A stretch of DNA of 64,000 nucleotides from Pseudogymnoascus verrucosus (taxonomy: Eukaryota). A program made the position numbers and the translations under genes. Positions 12,878 through 26,079 of this stretch are shown in pieces (position 1 is the first letter of the stretch; each line of letters begins with the position of its first letter). The stretch lies in the NCBI GenBank assembly GCA_001662655.1, contig KV460212.1; one strand, written 5' to 3'. The notes under the pieces were generated by a model. That model did not search any database, was not told where the DNA came from, and saw only the letters and a program-made list of their open reading frames with translations.

Positions 12878-14282
12878 TCATTGTTTAAAGGTAGAGCCGA
12901 TTGGGCCGACCTTGATGTTGGAGTAGGTGACCGACGCGCTCGCGGAACCAGACTCGACGTCCGAGGGAACGCCGGACGAGGTGGCGCAAGAACCACGAAC
13001 GGAGCCGAGCTTGGTCGAGTCGGTGGGGTAGGTAGAGTCAAGCCAGAGCATGTTGGAGTAGTGGTCATCCCAGAGCGACATGACGAGCACCATTCCGGCG
13101 CCGAGAGCCTTGCTCATGGACGCCATCCCGCCGTGGTCCGCGAAGCTGGTGTTGTCGCCAAAGGCAATCTTTTGTGCATCGCAGTACTCGGTGGTGACGG
13201 AGTTGCCGCTAACACCTGCGATCGTGGACTCCGAGTTGGGGATGGTCTTGCCGTTCTGAACGTAGAAGCGCTTGATTTCTGTCAGGGGGTTGCCGATGAA
13301 CTGCGTCACAACCGTGAACACCTTGCTGGTGTCGACGGTCATGCCCTTTCCGTAGAAAGAGGTGTCGCCTTGACGGTACGAGTTGAAATCGCATCCGTCA
13401 GGGTCGCATGTTCCTCCATAGCGGTCGGCTGAGTAGGTTCCTCCACATCCGTCGCCGTTGCACATTGTCTGGGTGATGGTATCGCAAGAGTGCGGCGTGT
13501 ACGCCGTGGCCATGGAGTTAGCCTCCCAGATATCCATCTCGGCGCAGCAAGAGCCGTGGCCTCCAACACCGGCATTGGGGTCGTTGGAGGATGGCTTCCA
13601 TCCTTCGGCGTTGCCCTGGACAAAAGGTAAGCAGGTGAATGAATACATAATGTCAACTCGCGCTTACCATGCCGTTGATGAACTTCAGATCACGCGGACA
13701 TTGAGCATCACAGTATCCAGTTCCGTACTTAGCACCGGCCTTGTTGGTAGGGTATTTGCTCATTCCTCCGTCCTTGTCCATAGAGACAAAGTAGAGGGCG
13801 CCGTTCAGGCCGCAAGGAAGCTGCGAGAGATCCACATCAAAAGTGAACTCCTGGTCGAGGAGGTTGAACATCTGATAGTTGGTGTCATCTGCCATGAGGT
13901 ATGTTCGGGAGCCAATGTTGGTGGCGTACTGTCCCTTGGTGACGAAAGTCAACTTGTTCGAATTTCCGCTCACATTGATTCCGTACGTGCCTGGGTAGTC
14001 ACCACCCTCAAGGGCACAGTTTTTGGCGCAGGATGCGTTGTCTGGGCAGAGCGTGGCATCCCACTCGTTGTCGGTGTAGCAGTTGGTATAGTCACCGACC
14101 TTGTGGACCCATCTCCAGTTAGAGTCGAGCACAACCTTCCCTGACTGCGACGCGCAGCTGGTTCCTCCGGTGCCGGTGCACTTTGACCATGTCATGGAAG
14201 GGTGTGTCTCAGCCTGTTCGGTGCCAACCTGCTGCGCGCTGGCAGCGGCGATGAGGGAGAAGAGGATAGCTTTGGTATACAT
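12878..14282 (-). CDS. cbh1: GH7 cellobiohydrolase I (catalytic domain only, no linker/CBM1), ~450 aa
   Basis: Exons 14282-13668 and 13615-12878; intron 13667-13616 (GTAAGC...TCCAG). Signal peptide [16 protein letters not shown] then QQVG. Motifs [29 protein letters not shown], catalytic EMDIWEAN and LVMSLWDDH; ends GPIGSTFKQ*. Confidence 0.97.
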
Positions 14283-14348
14283 GATGGTAAGATGATCAGA
14301 TGCTTGATGTCTGTCGGACTATTCCTTTTTCTCTGGGGGGAGGGGTCG

Positions 14349-14441
14349 TTTTATACTTGACGCCATCGCGTCAGGAACAACAACTGGTCTGGGAAAGAAT
14401 ATTCCAAGAAGTCCAATTTGGAAACGGCTCCTCGATCTCCG
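14349..14441 (-). promoter_or_regulatory. cbh1 core promoter: TATA box and candidate CLR-2/ClrB-type Zn2Cys6 site
   Basis: TATAAAA on the minus strand at 14355-14349. CGG-N11-CCG at 14425-14441 overlaps a one-mismatch CCG-N2-CC-N6-GG-like element (ccgtttccaaattgg, minus strand 14427-14413). Confidence 0.5.
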
Positions 14442-16862
14442 CCTTGGAAACTTCAAAATGTAATGGATCTATCGGCTCGTCGGGAACGATGGGTTGACAA
14501 AAATCCATATTCAAGGCCTTGATGTTGTTCTGGCTGTCGGAATTATAGTAGGGCGCATAATGAAGAGGAATGCGCTTGGTAGTATCAAAGACTACTTGTT
14601 GGCAGAGCTGGCGTCTTTACCGTGGGTATCAGCTACAAGCTGGGCAACTCTCATTATTCCATGGCTATTTGCAACTCTCATATTAGAAGGAACAGGTGAC
14701 TGGATATCTTGATCTGATCAACCTTAGGCCAGGGAAACTTCACCGATTGGGGAGGAACCCCTCTCCCCCTTACTCTAAATGTTTCGATCTGCACGGAATC
14801 CAGGTTATGATTCCGGAAGGCAGGGTTTGCTGCTGGTTTGGTTTGTGTGTGGCTCGAGGATATGGAGAAAAGCTGCCCCGATTATGATTCTAGAGATTCA
14901 GCCTAGATACTCTTGTGAGGCCGGTAGGGGTGCCTCATGAGTGGTTCAATGTGCTGATGCTCTATGTGAAAGTTCGTGCCTGTGAACGAGTGTCGGACGC
15001 GTCCTTCTTGGCCGGCATAAACAGCCAAATGGGAAACGAACGTCAAAATAAGGAACAGCCCAATCACTACGAACTCTTGATATCGGATTAATTACACAGC
15101 CCATGGTAACCGTGCGGATAAACCACCAATGCCACCGGCAATGCACAGCGGAGAATACAGCTAGTGTATTCGTGGGGTCGTATTTACTTGAAACCAAGGG
15201 TGAGAAGCCGCCCAAGGGTATCCCAGAATGGGCTGTCGAATGAGTGCAGAGTTCCGGACGAAATGCCGAGGGCGGCATGATAGAGAGATGTTCTGTTTAA
15301 CATCCTTTGGATGATCTGAATAAGCCGTTCATTACGTTGTAGGTAGGCATGAGGGGTAACAGCCACATTTTTACAGTATTATTTGAAGCCCACGGAGTTT
15401 TCTTGCATGTACTATGAGAATGTGTTTTGTACACGCGTCGTCGCTGGAAACAAGGTGGCGTTGATCAGTGCCGATCGTGGCTGATTTTAGTATTGTCGCT
15501 TGGAAAAACCTGGGGTAAGTGGATTAAGCCACCCCCGTATACCCCGCCATACGGGTGAAGCATTGACTACAGCACGTCCCTAGTGGTGAACTACTCTCGT
15601 ATCAACAAGAGTGCAACAAGAGTGCTCCGCAACTATGGAACTCTATGTCAATCAAGCTCGGCACTTCGTACCACAGAATACAATCACCTCCCGTATAGTC
15701 GTGGCGCGTCGTGGCGCGTCTTCACCGTGTAACTTGCATGGAAGAAACCTCATCGGACTGAATGATAATAATCATAGCCACGAGATAGAGCCTAAGCAGA
15801 TGCAACCGGCGGGCCGCCAGGTGCGAAGTGACGGCTAGCATGGCATCTACCCGCCCAAGACTCGATATCCGGGGAAAAGGAGTAAGGCAGTTATGAAGCC
15901 CCTGTTTCTATGCCCCATCGCCTGCCTCGCGCTAAGCTAATTGCCAATATAGCCACTATATAAATGAAGCGCTTCGAGAGGACCCATGAGAACTCTCGAG
16001 CAGGGGGGCTCTCAGGGTGTTTCGCCGGATATACCTACAAAGTTGCCCTCGTGGGTGTAGCCCTCTCTCACATAGGGCATCACCCGCTGATCATTGATAT
16101 ACAGAGTGAAGATCAACATGGCACGAGATTCCCGCTGGTATCAGCGTGAAGTTGCGGGGGAAAACTCTTGTTATATGGGGTAGCCCAGTTTAATAGATTG
16201 TATCAAACTTACGCCTGTTGCTTAAACCAACGCTTGTCGTCCAACAAAAGTAATCTACGCCAAGCTAGCGCCAGAACACCCACCTCCAGTAGATGTAAGA
16301 ATTTAGTCAGGTTCGGTCCTATTCAGGCCGTTTCAACATGGATGCTCGTGGATAATTCCTTCTATCATATAGTAGTTTGCCAGCATACTTCAAATGTCGC
16401 ACCTATCAGATCCTGTTCGCACAAATTAGCCACCACTGTCGAGTTAATGCAATGTGACCCACCGAAACCGGCATTTATCAGGACGATCTAGATGTGGAGG
16501 CATATCACTGCCGGCGAGAGTAACATCGTGGCTGTTGGCAGCGCCTCCAACAACGCCACTGCAGGCAGGTTCGACGCCCGGTTTGTCCAAGACAGTGCGC
16601 CGATTTAATAATACTGACGTGGGCGTGCCTGGCAATACAGTGGCAGCGACTGCCAAGTCCTGGCAGATATATTCTCTGCGGTCACCTGTTTGGATGCTTC
16701 CAACACGAACAAATCACAGGACTTCAACACTTGGGTAAAAGAGGATTCCTTATACGTGGTGGCCATTTGACCAGCCATCTGAATGTCGTAATTACATTTA
16801 TACAGTACCAGCGATTAAACACTAAACTACACTTATCAGACTAGCCTCAGTTCATCTAAGCC

Positions 16863-18964
16863 CTATCGTCCAGCATCCCTCAATGCCATTACCCACTCTT
16901 CTTCCCCTTCCACGGTGCTATCGTTCAGGATGGCCAAGACCTCTCGTGCGGAGGTGACACCGTAGAATTTAGTCTCCAGGCTTCCAATCAGCGCCACCAT
17001 AGCTCTAACCAAGACAGCATCGCCTTCAAACACCCATATATCCCAGAGTCGCGTGATTACATCGAGACTGAGCTGCTTCGTGAAGAGCGACGAGAAGATG
17101 GGGTTTACGCACGGCCCCGGCTGTTGATCGATCTGGATAGTTTGGCAGAGGTGCTTATAAAGACGCGGGAATTTGGCGGATAATGTCTCCAGGACAAGAG
17201 AGTGGATGCGAGACATCGCGCCGTGATCATGGGTATGGAAGCTGAGAGGAAGCGGCCGGTTAAGGAGGTTGGCCAACGCGCAGAACGCGGCAGCCGGTGT
17301 TGGAAAATTAAGCAACAAGAGTGCTGTGGCGGTCTATCGAGAGTTAGTACGGAGATTTCAGGCAGCAGAATTAGTATACATACACTTAGGCCGTCGACGT
17401 ATCCAACGTCACTCCTATACATCACATATGCCATCAGAACGTCAACCAGCGACTCGGAGAGCGGTCCGCCAGGACGGAAGATGCGGAGTTCGGGGTAGGT
17501 TGTCGTTACATCCCTGTTGATGCTCTCGAACCATTTCCCTTGGACAAGGTCGTCGGCTGTGGCGTTGCCTTTTGCTAGTTTCTTCTCGAGCTTCTTGGCA
17601 CGTCGTAACGCCGCATTATATGATGACTCCGATACACCAAGCTCGTTGCCAATAGCCCTGTCCCATACAGCACCTCTAGATCTAGGGGCGATACCTCTCC
17701 ACCACAACTCCCTCGTTCGCTTCAAAGAGGTTGCTGCCTCCCAGTTTGGCAGAACGTGGTCTTCCCATATCCTCAGTAATGAGCTGGCCGTATCATCTCG
17801 AGATGTGTCGCTTGAATTTGAAGCCTCTCGTTTTTTCTCGGCCTCCATGGACGCCGCCATCATTTTTTGGTACTCTTTCAGATGTCGCTTTTCCTCCAGA
17901 GGGTCCTTGGGCGGGAGCCAGCTCGGCCTCGTTCTGGATAGTACAGCCATTTTCTCTTTTGAAATTGGAAGCGGGTCGATCATCACGTCGTTCCTTCGCA
18001 GGGGGAGCTCCGACATGACGGATTTGGATCGCTTGATATCAGAGAGGAAGGGTGGCCGCTTCGGTTGGTTGGACTCCAATTGCTCATCTGCATGTGCTTC
18101 AAGGGCTTCCGTTAGAGATTTAGCTTCCGCATTCAGCTCTGACAGCGCTACCGTCCAGCTCTTCGCACGTCCGGGTTTCGTATAGAATGATGGACTTGTC
18201 GGTTTATGAAAACTTTCGTCCTGCTTCAGGCTCCCTTGTGCACCTGGCGTTGCCGGAGTTCCATTGCCAGCGGGCTTGATCTTCTCTTTCGGGACTGCTG
18301 GCGGTACGTCCACTGTTCGTTCGCCGGGTGGGCGCGGGGACATGGGGACGTTTTGGAGGAAGCATTCATCCGGGATATCATCGTCTTCATCGTCGCATTC
18401 CTTTTCCAATTCCTGTGCTGACTTGCGCTCCCGATTTGACTGCCAGCTCATTCGTGGTGACCGCGGTGACCTCGGAAATGGTCCAGGCTGTGTAAATGGG
18501 CTCGGGCTTCGATTTCGCCCATTCATCGCTCCAAGGCTGGTCATGGACTGGGTTGAGAAGGTGCGCCGTGGAGCTGCGCTACCGGGCGCCAGTCCCAGCC
18601 CGAGCCCTTCGCCAGCCAGTTTCCGCCCATGGGGGCCTAGACCCGGCACAGCCGGCCTCCCCTTTGATGTCAGGTTTCTCTGTATGGATGCCAGCGATCT
18701 CGATCTCCCTTTCATGGATCGATCCGAGGAATGTGACGGTAGCTCATCGACGAAGTCGTCGGTCTCTTGTTCCGACTGCGCATCGTCCAGCCCAATATCC
18801 TCAAAGTGTCCTACATCTGCCAGGATGCCATTGTCGTCCGATTGGTAGGAAGAATGGAAGGACGACTTGGACGACTTTGAGCTACTGAGCGAAAGGTCGG
18901 GAGGTGAGCCCGGCATGCCAAAACTGCTCTCGTGGCTCTCCTCATCGAGGGTGGTCTGGTTCAT
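16863..18964 (-). CDS. TBC/Rab-GAP domain protein with long low-complexity N-terminus, ~683 aa
   Basis: Exons 18964-17384 and 17333-16863; intron 17383-17334 (GTATGT...TACTAAC...ATAG). Motifs SRTRPSWLPPKDPLEEKRHLKEY, RELWWRGIAPRSRGAVW, YRSDVGYVDG and RLWDIWVFEGDAVLVR. The start was chosen at MNQTTL; the upstream ORF extension to 19282 looks like UTR. Confidence 0.88.
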
Positions 18965-19486
18965 AGCATATTCAGCAGTCGAGGTATGGTTCGTCGCGAA
19001 GAATGGAGGAGCTACTGAGGACGCAATGTTGGCGGTTGCCCGACTCTCACGGGTGCGTTGGATATCGTGGGCTGTTTCGTGTATTTGTTTGGATTCGAGC
19101 TGTTTCGAACTCCGGAAGTCGGTGAAGACAGTAGTAATGAGAGAAGCTCCTGGGAAATTAGACAGGGACCATGCCACGACCCTTGAATGAACGGCGGGAA
19201 ACGGGCTGTGAAGAAGGGACGAATGACAAAGAAGCGAATGTAAATAGAATAAGAAGCAATATGTGCTATAAAAGTACTGCAAAAAGTACTGTAAGAACGA
19301 ATATCAACACTGCGAAACGAATGATGCCGTATTGACGATTTGAAGATTGGCGGTGGGTTAGTTTTGTCGACGATGATGTTTGCGGTCTGTGGTCGGGGAT
19401 GGGGGTGGGTTTGGAGTTGTTTGGCCCAGTTTTGGACGAGATGATGTGTGGTACGTACCTTAATGTGGGAGAGAACCGGTTCGGTC

Positions 19487-20105
19487 AGGGGGTATATTCA
19501 GGTACGGGTCGAACAGCCGGGCCTTATTGGCTTATCGGCTTATGGGATTAATGATGTTATCTCCTTAAATTCTACAGCATGGCATGGGGGATAATGAATG
19601 GTTTTTTAATATATGAATAGTATCTCCAGATAATTAGAATATTATAGTAGAGGTCGAGGAGAACCTATATGAATTTGTAAGGCTGGATTTAGGGTATACA
19701 TGGGTTGATAGGCGGGGCTTATTGACTTATCGGCTCATTAGGATTATTTAGAGTTATTTCCCTAAATTCTTCAGCATGGGGAATAGATAATGGATGACTT
19801 TTGAATATACGAACAGTATCTCCAGATGATTAGAATATTATAGTGGAGATTGAGGAGAAACTATATGAATTTGTGAAACTGAATTCAGGGTATACTGGGT
19901 CGATAGCCAGGGCTTATTATCCTGTCGTCGGCATATTAGGATTATTAAATTTATTTCCCTAAATTATTCAGCACGGGGATAAAGGCATTTAATCATATAT
20001 TACCTCCCTACGATGACGATACTATCTATATATCGTAGAGATTGAGGAAAACCCGTGAATTTATTTATATTCACTCTCAAGTAAAGTTAAATCCAGGGCA
20101 TACTT
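19487..20105. repeat. Degenerate ~200-bp tandem repeat, 3 copies
   Basis: Units start at about 19487, 19691 and 19887, with a fourth start at 20095 (agggtata/agggcata). Shared blocks: gg(g/c)cttatt, (c/t)ccYtaaattMt, agtatctccagatRattagaatattatagtRgag (units 1 and 2) and gaggaRaac..t..gaattt. Confidence 0.9.
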
Positions 20106-20263
20106 AAGTTTTATGTATCTAGCAGCATCCTTTATCCAATCCGTTTATTCATGCCCCTTAACTACATCCTATCTATATTCTAAAAATCCACCTCCCACCA
20201 CCATAAACCCCATCATATCATCACTCATGCCATGCCGTTGGTATCTTAGACGCTATCATCACC

Positions 20264-22770
20264 TCACACTGTGCTACTTGCACTTGAAGGGGTCGGCGGA
20301 CCCGACCCATCATGATGCTTACCCTTCCCCTTGCTCTTACTGCTCCCCCCAGTCTTCTCCTTCCTCAACTCCGGCGCAAGTTCATTCCAGCGCCTCAGAA
20401 CCTCCAAGCGCTCCTCTTCCGTCGCCGCCTTGACTTCTTCGTACCCATCCACAAAGTGCGCCGCAAGGATGAAGCTCAACGTATCGGAGCCCATGCGCCT
20501 CCTAATCGCCTCATAGGCGCCACGGAGCCCATACGTCGTTCCGCCTATAACTATGCCTCTCATAGGAAACAGTAAGTCACCAAACCCCTTCCCAAGCCCC
20601 TTGCGGAAGCCGCGCCAACCTCCAGTCTTTGCGCCGTTATACGGCTTGGTAACGACTCCTGCGTATGCTCTGCCGATGTTAATAGGCAGATGTATCAGGG
20701 AATGTGCGACAGAACCGGCCATGCTGAGGCCCGGGTTGGGGCCTTCCATGTTAGATAGTAAAAACTGTTCCTCTACGTTGTACTTGCACGGTCGGTAGAG
20801 CTTCATCACGTTCATATCGAGAATCCCCTCGTTCCCTAACACTGTTGCGGCAAAGGTGCTCAACCTCACATGCTCCCTCTTTGGACCCGTGGTCTTGACT
20901 CGCCACACTGCAGGGCGCTGTGGACTCATCATACATCTCAGGTTATCCACGTTTAAATGGGCATGAAAGCTCTCCGCGCCGGATTTGCACCCATCCTCCT
21001 CGCGGATGAGTTCGCCGAGCTCTCGTGCACGCTCTAGAGTCTCCGGCTTGAGCGCTTCGAGTATCGAATTCGCCAGTCCATCAGCCGTGAGCGATTTGTA
21101 CGGCACCGGCAACGGTCCCGCGCCGGCACGCGCTACCATTGCGCCCCAGAAGGGCTGGTCACCAAAAAAGGGGACAATGACTGTAGGCCGCCCAAGCGCG
21201 ATACCTGCTGACATGGTGCCCGCTCCACCGTGATGAACGACGCAGGAAACGTGTTTAAAAAGCCAGTCATGGGGAACGTTGCCGAGCATGAAAACGCCGT
21301 CGGGTTTATCGAGCTCGTTACCGCCGAGGCCGCCCCAGCCTTTGGAAACTAAGGCGCGCTGGCCCGTTTTCTTCACGGTGTCAAAGATCATCTTGGTCAT
21401 GGCGTTCGGGTCGTCGACAACAATAGATCCGAAGCCGATGTACACGGGTGGGGGACCGGCGGCGAGGAAATCAGCCAGCTCGGCATCGGGTTGGTAGTCG
21501 GATCCGGATGAGAGGAAGTAGAAGCCCGAGATGGAGATATGAGGGCCCCAGTCTTTGGGCTTTGGAATCAGAGCCGGCGACCTATTGAACATGTTAGATT
21601 AATGCCACAACAATTCACTGGCTTTGGGAGTAGCCATTGGCAATATCCGTTAGGTAGCTCTCACCAACAATACGTATGAGGTATTCGCAACCTATGGAAC
21701 ATAGTCGTCGCTGCTGCCTGCGAAATGAACGGAAGCTCTAGAGTCTCTCTTCTGAACTTATTAATGATATCACCAAGACCTTGCCATGTCATCATATCTA
21801 CAAGCGTATAGCTCATTTCATTTGCCATGCTTCCGTTACAATTTGTCGATTTGATGTTGGCTAATGGGTGTGGGAAATTATGAGTTGGCGACCACGGCAT
21901 TCTAAGAAGGAACTAGTTGGCAATGCCCATGAGTATAACAGATGGTGTGGTCAAGACTTACGTGAACATTATATGCAATGGGATGCCCAATTTTTGTGCA
22001 CAGTGGATATGCGCAAAACTCGGCGGGTTTGCAATAATGGCATGGGCAATGAAGGGTGCCACTTTCACACCACCCTTCGTCTCATTACCGCTTTCTTCGC
22101 TCGCTTCTTTGGCATCGGCACACGATTTCCAACATCCCTCGAGGATCTCAGCAATGCCCCTCCGCCTCTTTCCCACTTCACCGTCTTTCAGCGACTTCAT
22201 CCCCGGGAGGAGACCAGGATTCTTAACCATAAACGCCATCAGCTCCGTGGGGTCGCCACCAATTTCAAAGAACTCCAAGCCGTTTTCCTCGACAAACTTC
22301 TTGAACGTGCCGTGAGTTGCCAAGCGGATGCGGTGGCCATATTTGCTTTTCAACTCACGACCGAGGGCAACGAAGGGTTGGACATCTCCTCGTGAGCCGA
22401 CGACCTGGATTACCACGTTGAGGGGGGGTGGAGGTGCGCCAAGGGTGCCTATTAAATACGACGGAGTATATGCTGGCGATGGATGATCGGGCAGCTCCTG
22501 TTGGGCAGTCATATTAAGCTGCTGGATCTGCTGCGCAAGCTGAGTGTCTGTCTCATTTATCTGTATATCGATACGCCCGTCATCTAGTTCTTGGTGAGTC
22601 CACGAAATAAAGACCCGAGTGGAAGGCTAACCTGCGATATTAGATTGTGCATTGACGCCGGCCCTGCTGAGATCCAGAGTTCCCGTTGCCTCATTATAGG
22701 CCGGCGGGGCATCATCAACCGTTGGTTGATCTTCTGTTTCTTGGTCTGGCGGAGGAAGTTTGGAGGCCAT
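20264..22770 (-). CDS. UDP-glucose:sterol 3-beta-glucosyltransferase-like GT1 (Glyco_transf_28 + UDPGT; no PH/GRAM domains), ~771 aa
   Basis: Exons 22770-22632, 22583-21962, 21901-21665 and 21581-20264, all introns GT-AG with frame preserved. Motifs DDGRIDI, VVGSRGDVQPFVALG, IRLATH, HIMFTMPWSPT, WSPALIPKPKDWG, YIGFGSIV, VPHDWLF, VHHGGAGT and PFFGDQPFWG. Confidence 0.95.
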
Positions 22771-25700
22771 TGGAGTCTATATTTTCGGTCAAGCAGGCGC
22801 GTGGAGGATGTATGTACAGCTACGTTGTCGGCGGGCTGGTGCTAGGCGATAGAAAATACCTCCTTGCCCTTAGTGAGGGAAGTTCGTAAATCAACGATAG
22901 CTCAGTGCGGTCGTGGACCCTTTTCACATAACACCAGCCAAGAAGTCCCTTGAAGGTTTCGGGTAGCTAGGTAGTTAAGAGGTTGGGAGATGTTCAGGGC
23001 ATATGCAGGTACTCATACCTACAGAAACTAACTCTTCACGGTATAGTTGCATGTACTGATACTTATGGCGGCAGTGCCTGTCACCCACCACCATCGTCGT
23101 CATTGGTGTGAGGGGCAATCGCACTACCCGTCTATACAGCACGTGATTGAAGCTTATCTGTTTGCTGTGGGAGAAGTTCCTCGAAGCCCTCCTGCCCTCA
23201 CCGCATTGTTGGACATTCTCACTCCCAGACGCTCATGTCTACGCACGAACTTCTCGCATTTTGAGTGCATATGAGAGTAAAGAATGATGCATCCATAATT
23301 CGCACGAACTCTCAGTATTATCCCTTCTCTTTAGCAGTCGATAATTTGTGAAGAGAAACAGTGTCGTCTAACTCCTCTGGTGTCTATGGCAAACACCCAT
23401 ACGAGCAGGATCCATGGATGGCGCACCAGAAGCGGGTATCACTTGTTGGACTCGTGCTCGCTGAAAAAGATGGGAGTGTATGAAGATCATGGCTGAATCG
23501 TTTCAGGAGGAACCAGCTTGCCCACAAGATCATCTCTATTGGGACTTGCATTTGAACGAGTCGGAATTGGGGACTAGTGATCAAAAGAGAAAAATTGACG
23601 ATGAGAACGATGCTACGTGCATCGTGATGTAAAAAGGGTCGTTAATAGAGGGAAGTTCCAGCTAGTGACTTTATAGCGCGGTAGTAAGCTATAACCAATC
23701 CCTTACATTAGTAGGCACATATCCCCCTTAAATACGGCAGGCAGAGCGTAGGCAGATTAAGGGGACATTGGGTAGGAGTGTTGTGGACGGGTATCGGGAT
23801 TTGAGGGGCGATCTGATTTCTATTTAAAAACACATGGTAGTATCTATGTGATACTGCTAAAGACTTAATCCTAGCCCTTATAACATGTGTTTAATATAAA
23901 CAATGTTGAACACCTTAAGAAAATGGGTATTGCAATGTAGCTCCCTCCGCCGTAAACCAACCCAGCGCCCGCGTGAGAGATCCTGACCTAATTGCACCAA
24001 ACTCCTAATGACACTACCTTTCTCAAACGTAGATCGGTCGATAGAACAGTTCCACATCTAGCTCAGGCATCTGACCAAAGCCTTGCGAGTGGCGAAGCAA
24101 TCGTATGCTCGATAGATGCCATCTGCCCCGTTGAGGAGATCTTGTATCCGACTACCCCTGGTTGTAGTGGTTTTCTGGTTGAAATAAGTGGAGATTGAGG
24201 TATAATAATTACTCCCTTCGGTGGTCCTGCCCTCTCGAAGACGAAGCAATCAAATATAAATCCGTTGCCATGGGCAGCCCTTACTTTCGTCTTCGGGATT
24301 AATAATTCCGTCCCTTTTCGAAGTTCAGGCGAGAGTAGCATTGTGGTCGGTATGGCGAGTACTTATTGTAGTTGAATAGTTGTTGACAGGGGTTGCGGGC
24401 ATTCCGAATAAACAGCCACTCCTTCAATTCACTTCACCAATTCCTCAGCAAGCGATATCATCCTGGTACTACTTCTTCCGGCAGGAACCACGAGTTCCCA
24501 AGTGATGCACACATCAACACCAGAAACACCGTCCAAGATGAGACAGTCTCCCATCCCATCTTCCGTGTGGAAAGCCATTGACCACACGAAACTGCGAGTT
24601 CGTTCGCATACATAAGCGCCACCAACACCAGGTGGCAGACTAGCATCAGTCCGTCAACAGCGACCTCTGCAGCTTCCATAATCGCCGCTTCATCCATGGC
24701 GGCGCAGTTCTCTTTTCACCAGAGACTATTGCCTTCCAAAACACACTTCGCTGAGGATCACACCCTGCCGACGTCGATGAGATGGCCTTTTGGAGAAGCC
24801 AGGGAGATTGGTGGTATTGCGAGCTGGAGCTGGAGCCCAGAGCTATACTGCTTCAATACAGATTCCACTTATATATCAAATATCAAATATCGAGTATAGG
24901 CTGGCGGGAGGAAGAGATGGTCTGGGCAGGTGGTGATTGGGACAGGTGGTGATCCAGTTACGTGGGAGTATCGCCGGGCAGCGATGCGACGTTTGAGGCG
25001 AAAGGAACTCGATATAAGTTACCCAGTTGTCAAGCGGGAAGTGCGAGTATCGAAGGCTTATTCAGGATCATATCGTCTTTGATTCGGCCGCGATGTGGTG
25101 AGCTCCCGCACGCCTGTTTCTATAGTTGCCCGAGCAAGTGGTAGGTGACTCCTCTCCTCGCGGGATGAGGCGGAGTCATTCACTTTGGCATGGCCCGAGT
25201 CCTAGATCCTGGCTTTCGGCGGTTTATTGCAGGCTAGGTAGGTCAAGTTCGCGGCTGATGCAACTGTGCGCGAAAGGACCGACGTCAGAAAAGAAGCACG
25301 AGGTTGAAATGGTTAGAGGTAAGTGGATTGCCCTCGTTGTTCACAATGCCCCGTGATCAAATGACGGCGGGTAGTAAGCGTCATCCTTGAAACGCGGGAT
25401 ATGCGGGGGTTGCAGCGGCACGGATAAATGATATCTCCGATGGAGATGTTCTCAGTTAGTGTCTGGGCCAGGCTGAACCCTACTATCTCAGCTTAACGAC
25501 ACTCTTTGAGAAAATGAAAGTTAATAACTTATTCGTCTACTTTAGTTATCTATATTGCTACATATTTTGGATTGAGTAAAGACAACTCATGCTATGGAAT
25601 CTAGTTAAAACACTGCTAACATTTCTCGCGTTGGCAACAAGGCGGGGGAGTCCATCTTCACAGCACTGACATTCGACACGAAAATATGTGCTGAAGGCTA

Positions 25701-26079
25701 TGGCTGCTATAATTTATCCTGGGACTAAAGATAAATTGTGTGCACTGAAGGTGCGGTTGCCCATTGAAGTTTGGCATGGCTCCCTTTACGAGGAAGGGGC
25801 ATTCGGCGAGCGGCGTCCTAGGCGTGACTTCCCAACCGCAATTTGGTCTACACTCAAACGAGATCATATCTCCAAATGTTTACACTTTCAACGACCATGT
25901 TTCAGTAGGTCTGCCGGTGCAAGCACCCAACATTCGTTAAGTTTTCTTTTGGCAATCACTTCTTCAGTATCATTCTTTATCTTCAATCAAGGCAGTTTCA
26001 AGACAACCCTCGGGATTCTTACCCCTCACTCGTTTTACAAAGCAATTGCCGTTCTCCCACAGTGGCCAAAGCTCCCACA

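Noticed and set aside
12878..14282. Absence of CBM1 on the GH7 (and on the CE1 esterase)
   Set aside because: CBM-less GH7 and CE1 enzymes are common in ascomycetes; both genes end cleanly and are not truncated
16525..16590. Hairpin followed by GGTTCGA, superficially tRNA-like
   Set aside because: T-stem does not pair, and no D-arm or acceptor stem can be built
18965..19282. N-terminal extension of the TBC ORF in the ORF track
   Set aside because: Starts at a non-ATG codon and has UTR-like composition
19487..20105. CRISPR-like interpretation of the periodic repeat
   Set aside because: Whole units are homologous with no unique spacers; eukaryotic context; no cas genes
23990..24900. Cluster of short ORFs that might be a decayed gene
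   Set aside because: No consistent frame, motif or splice pattern that I can support
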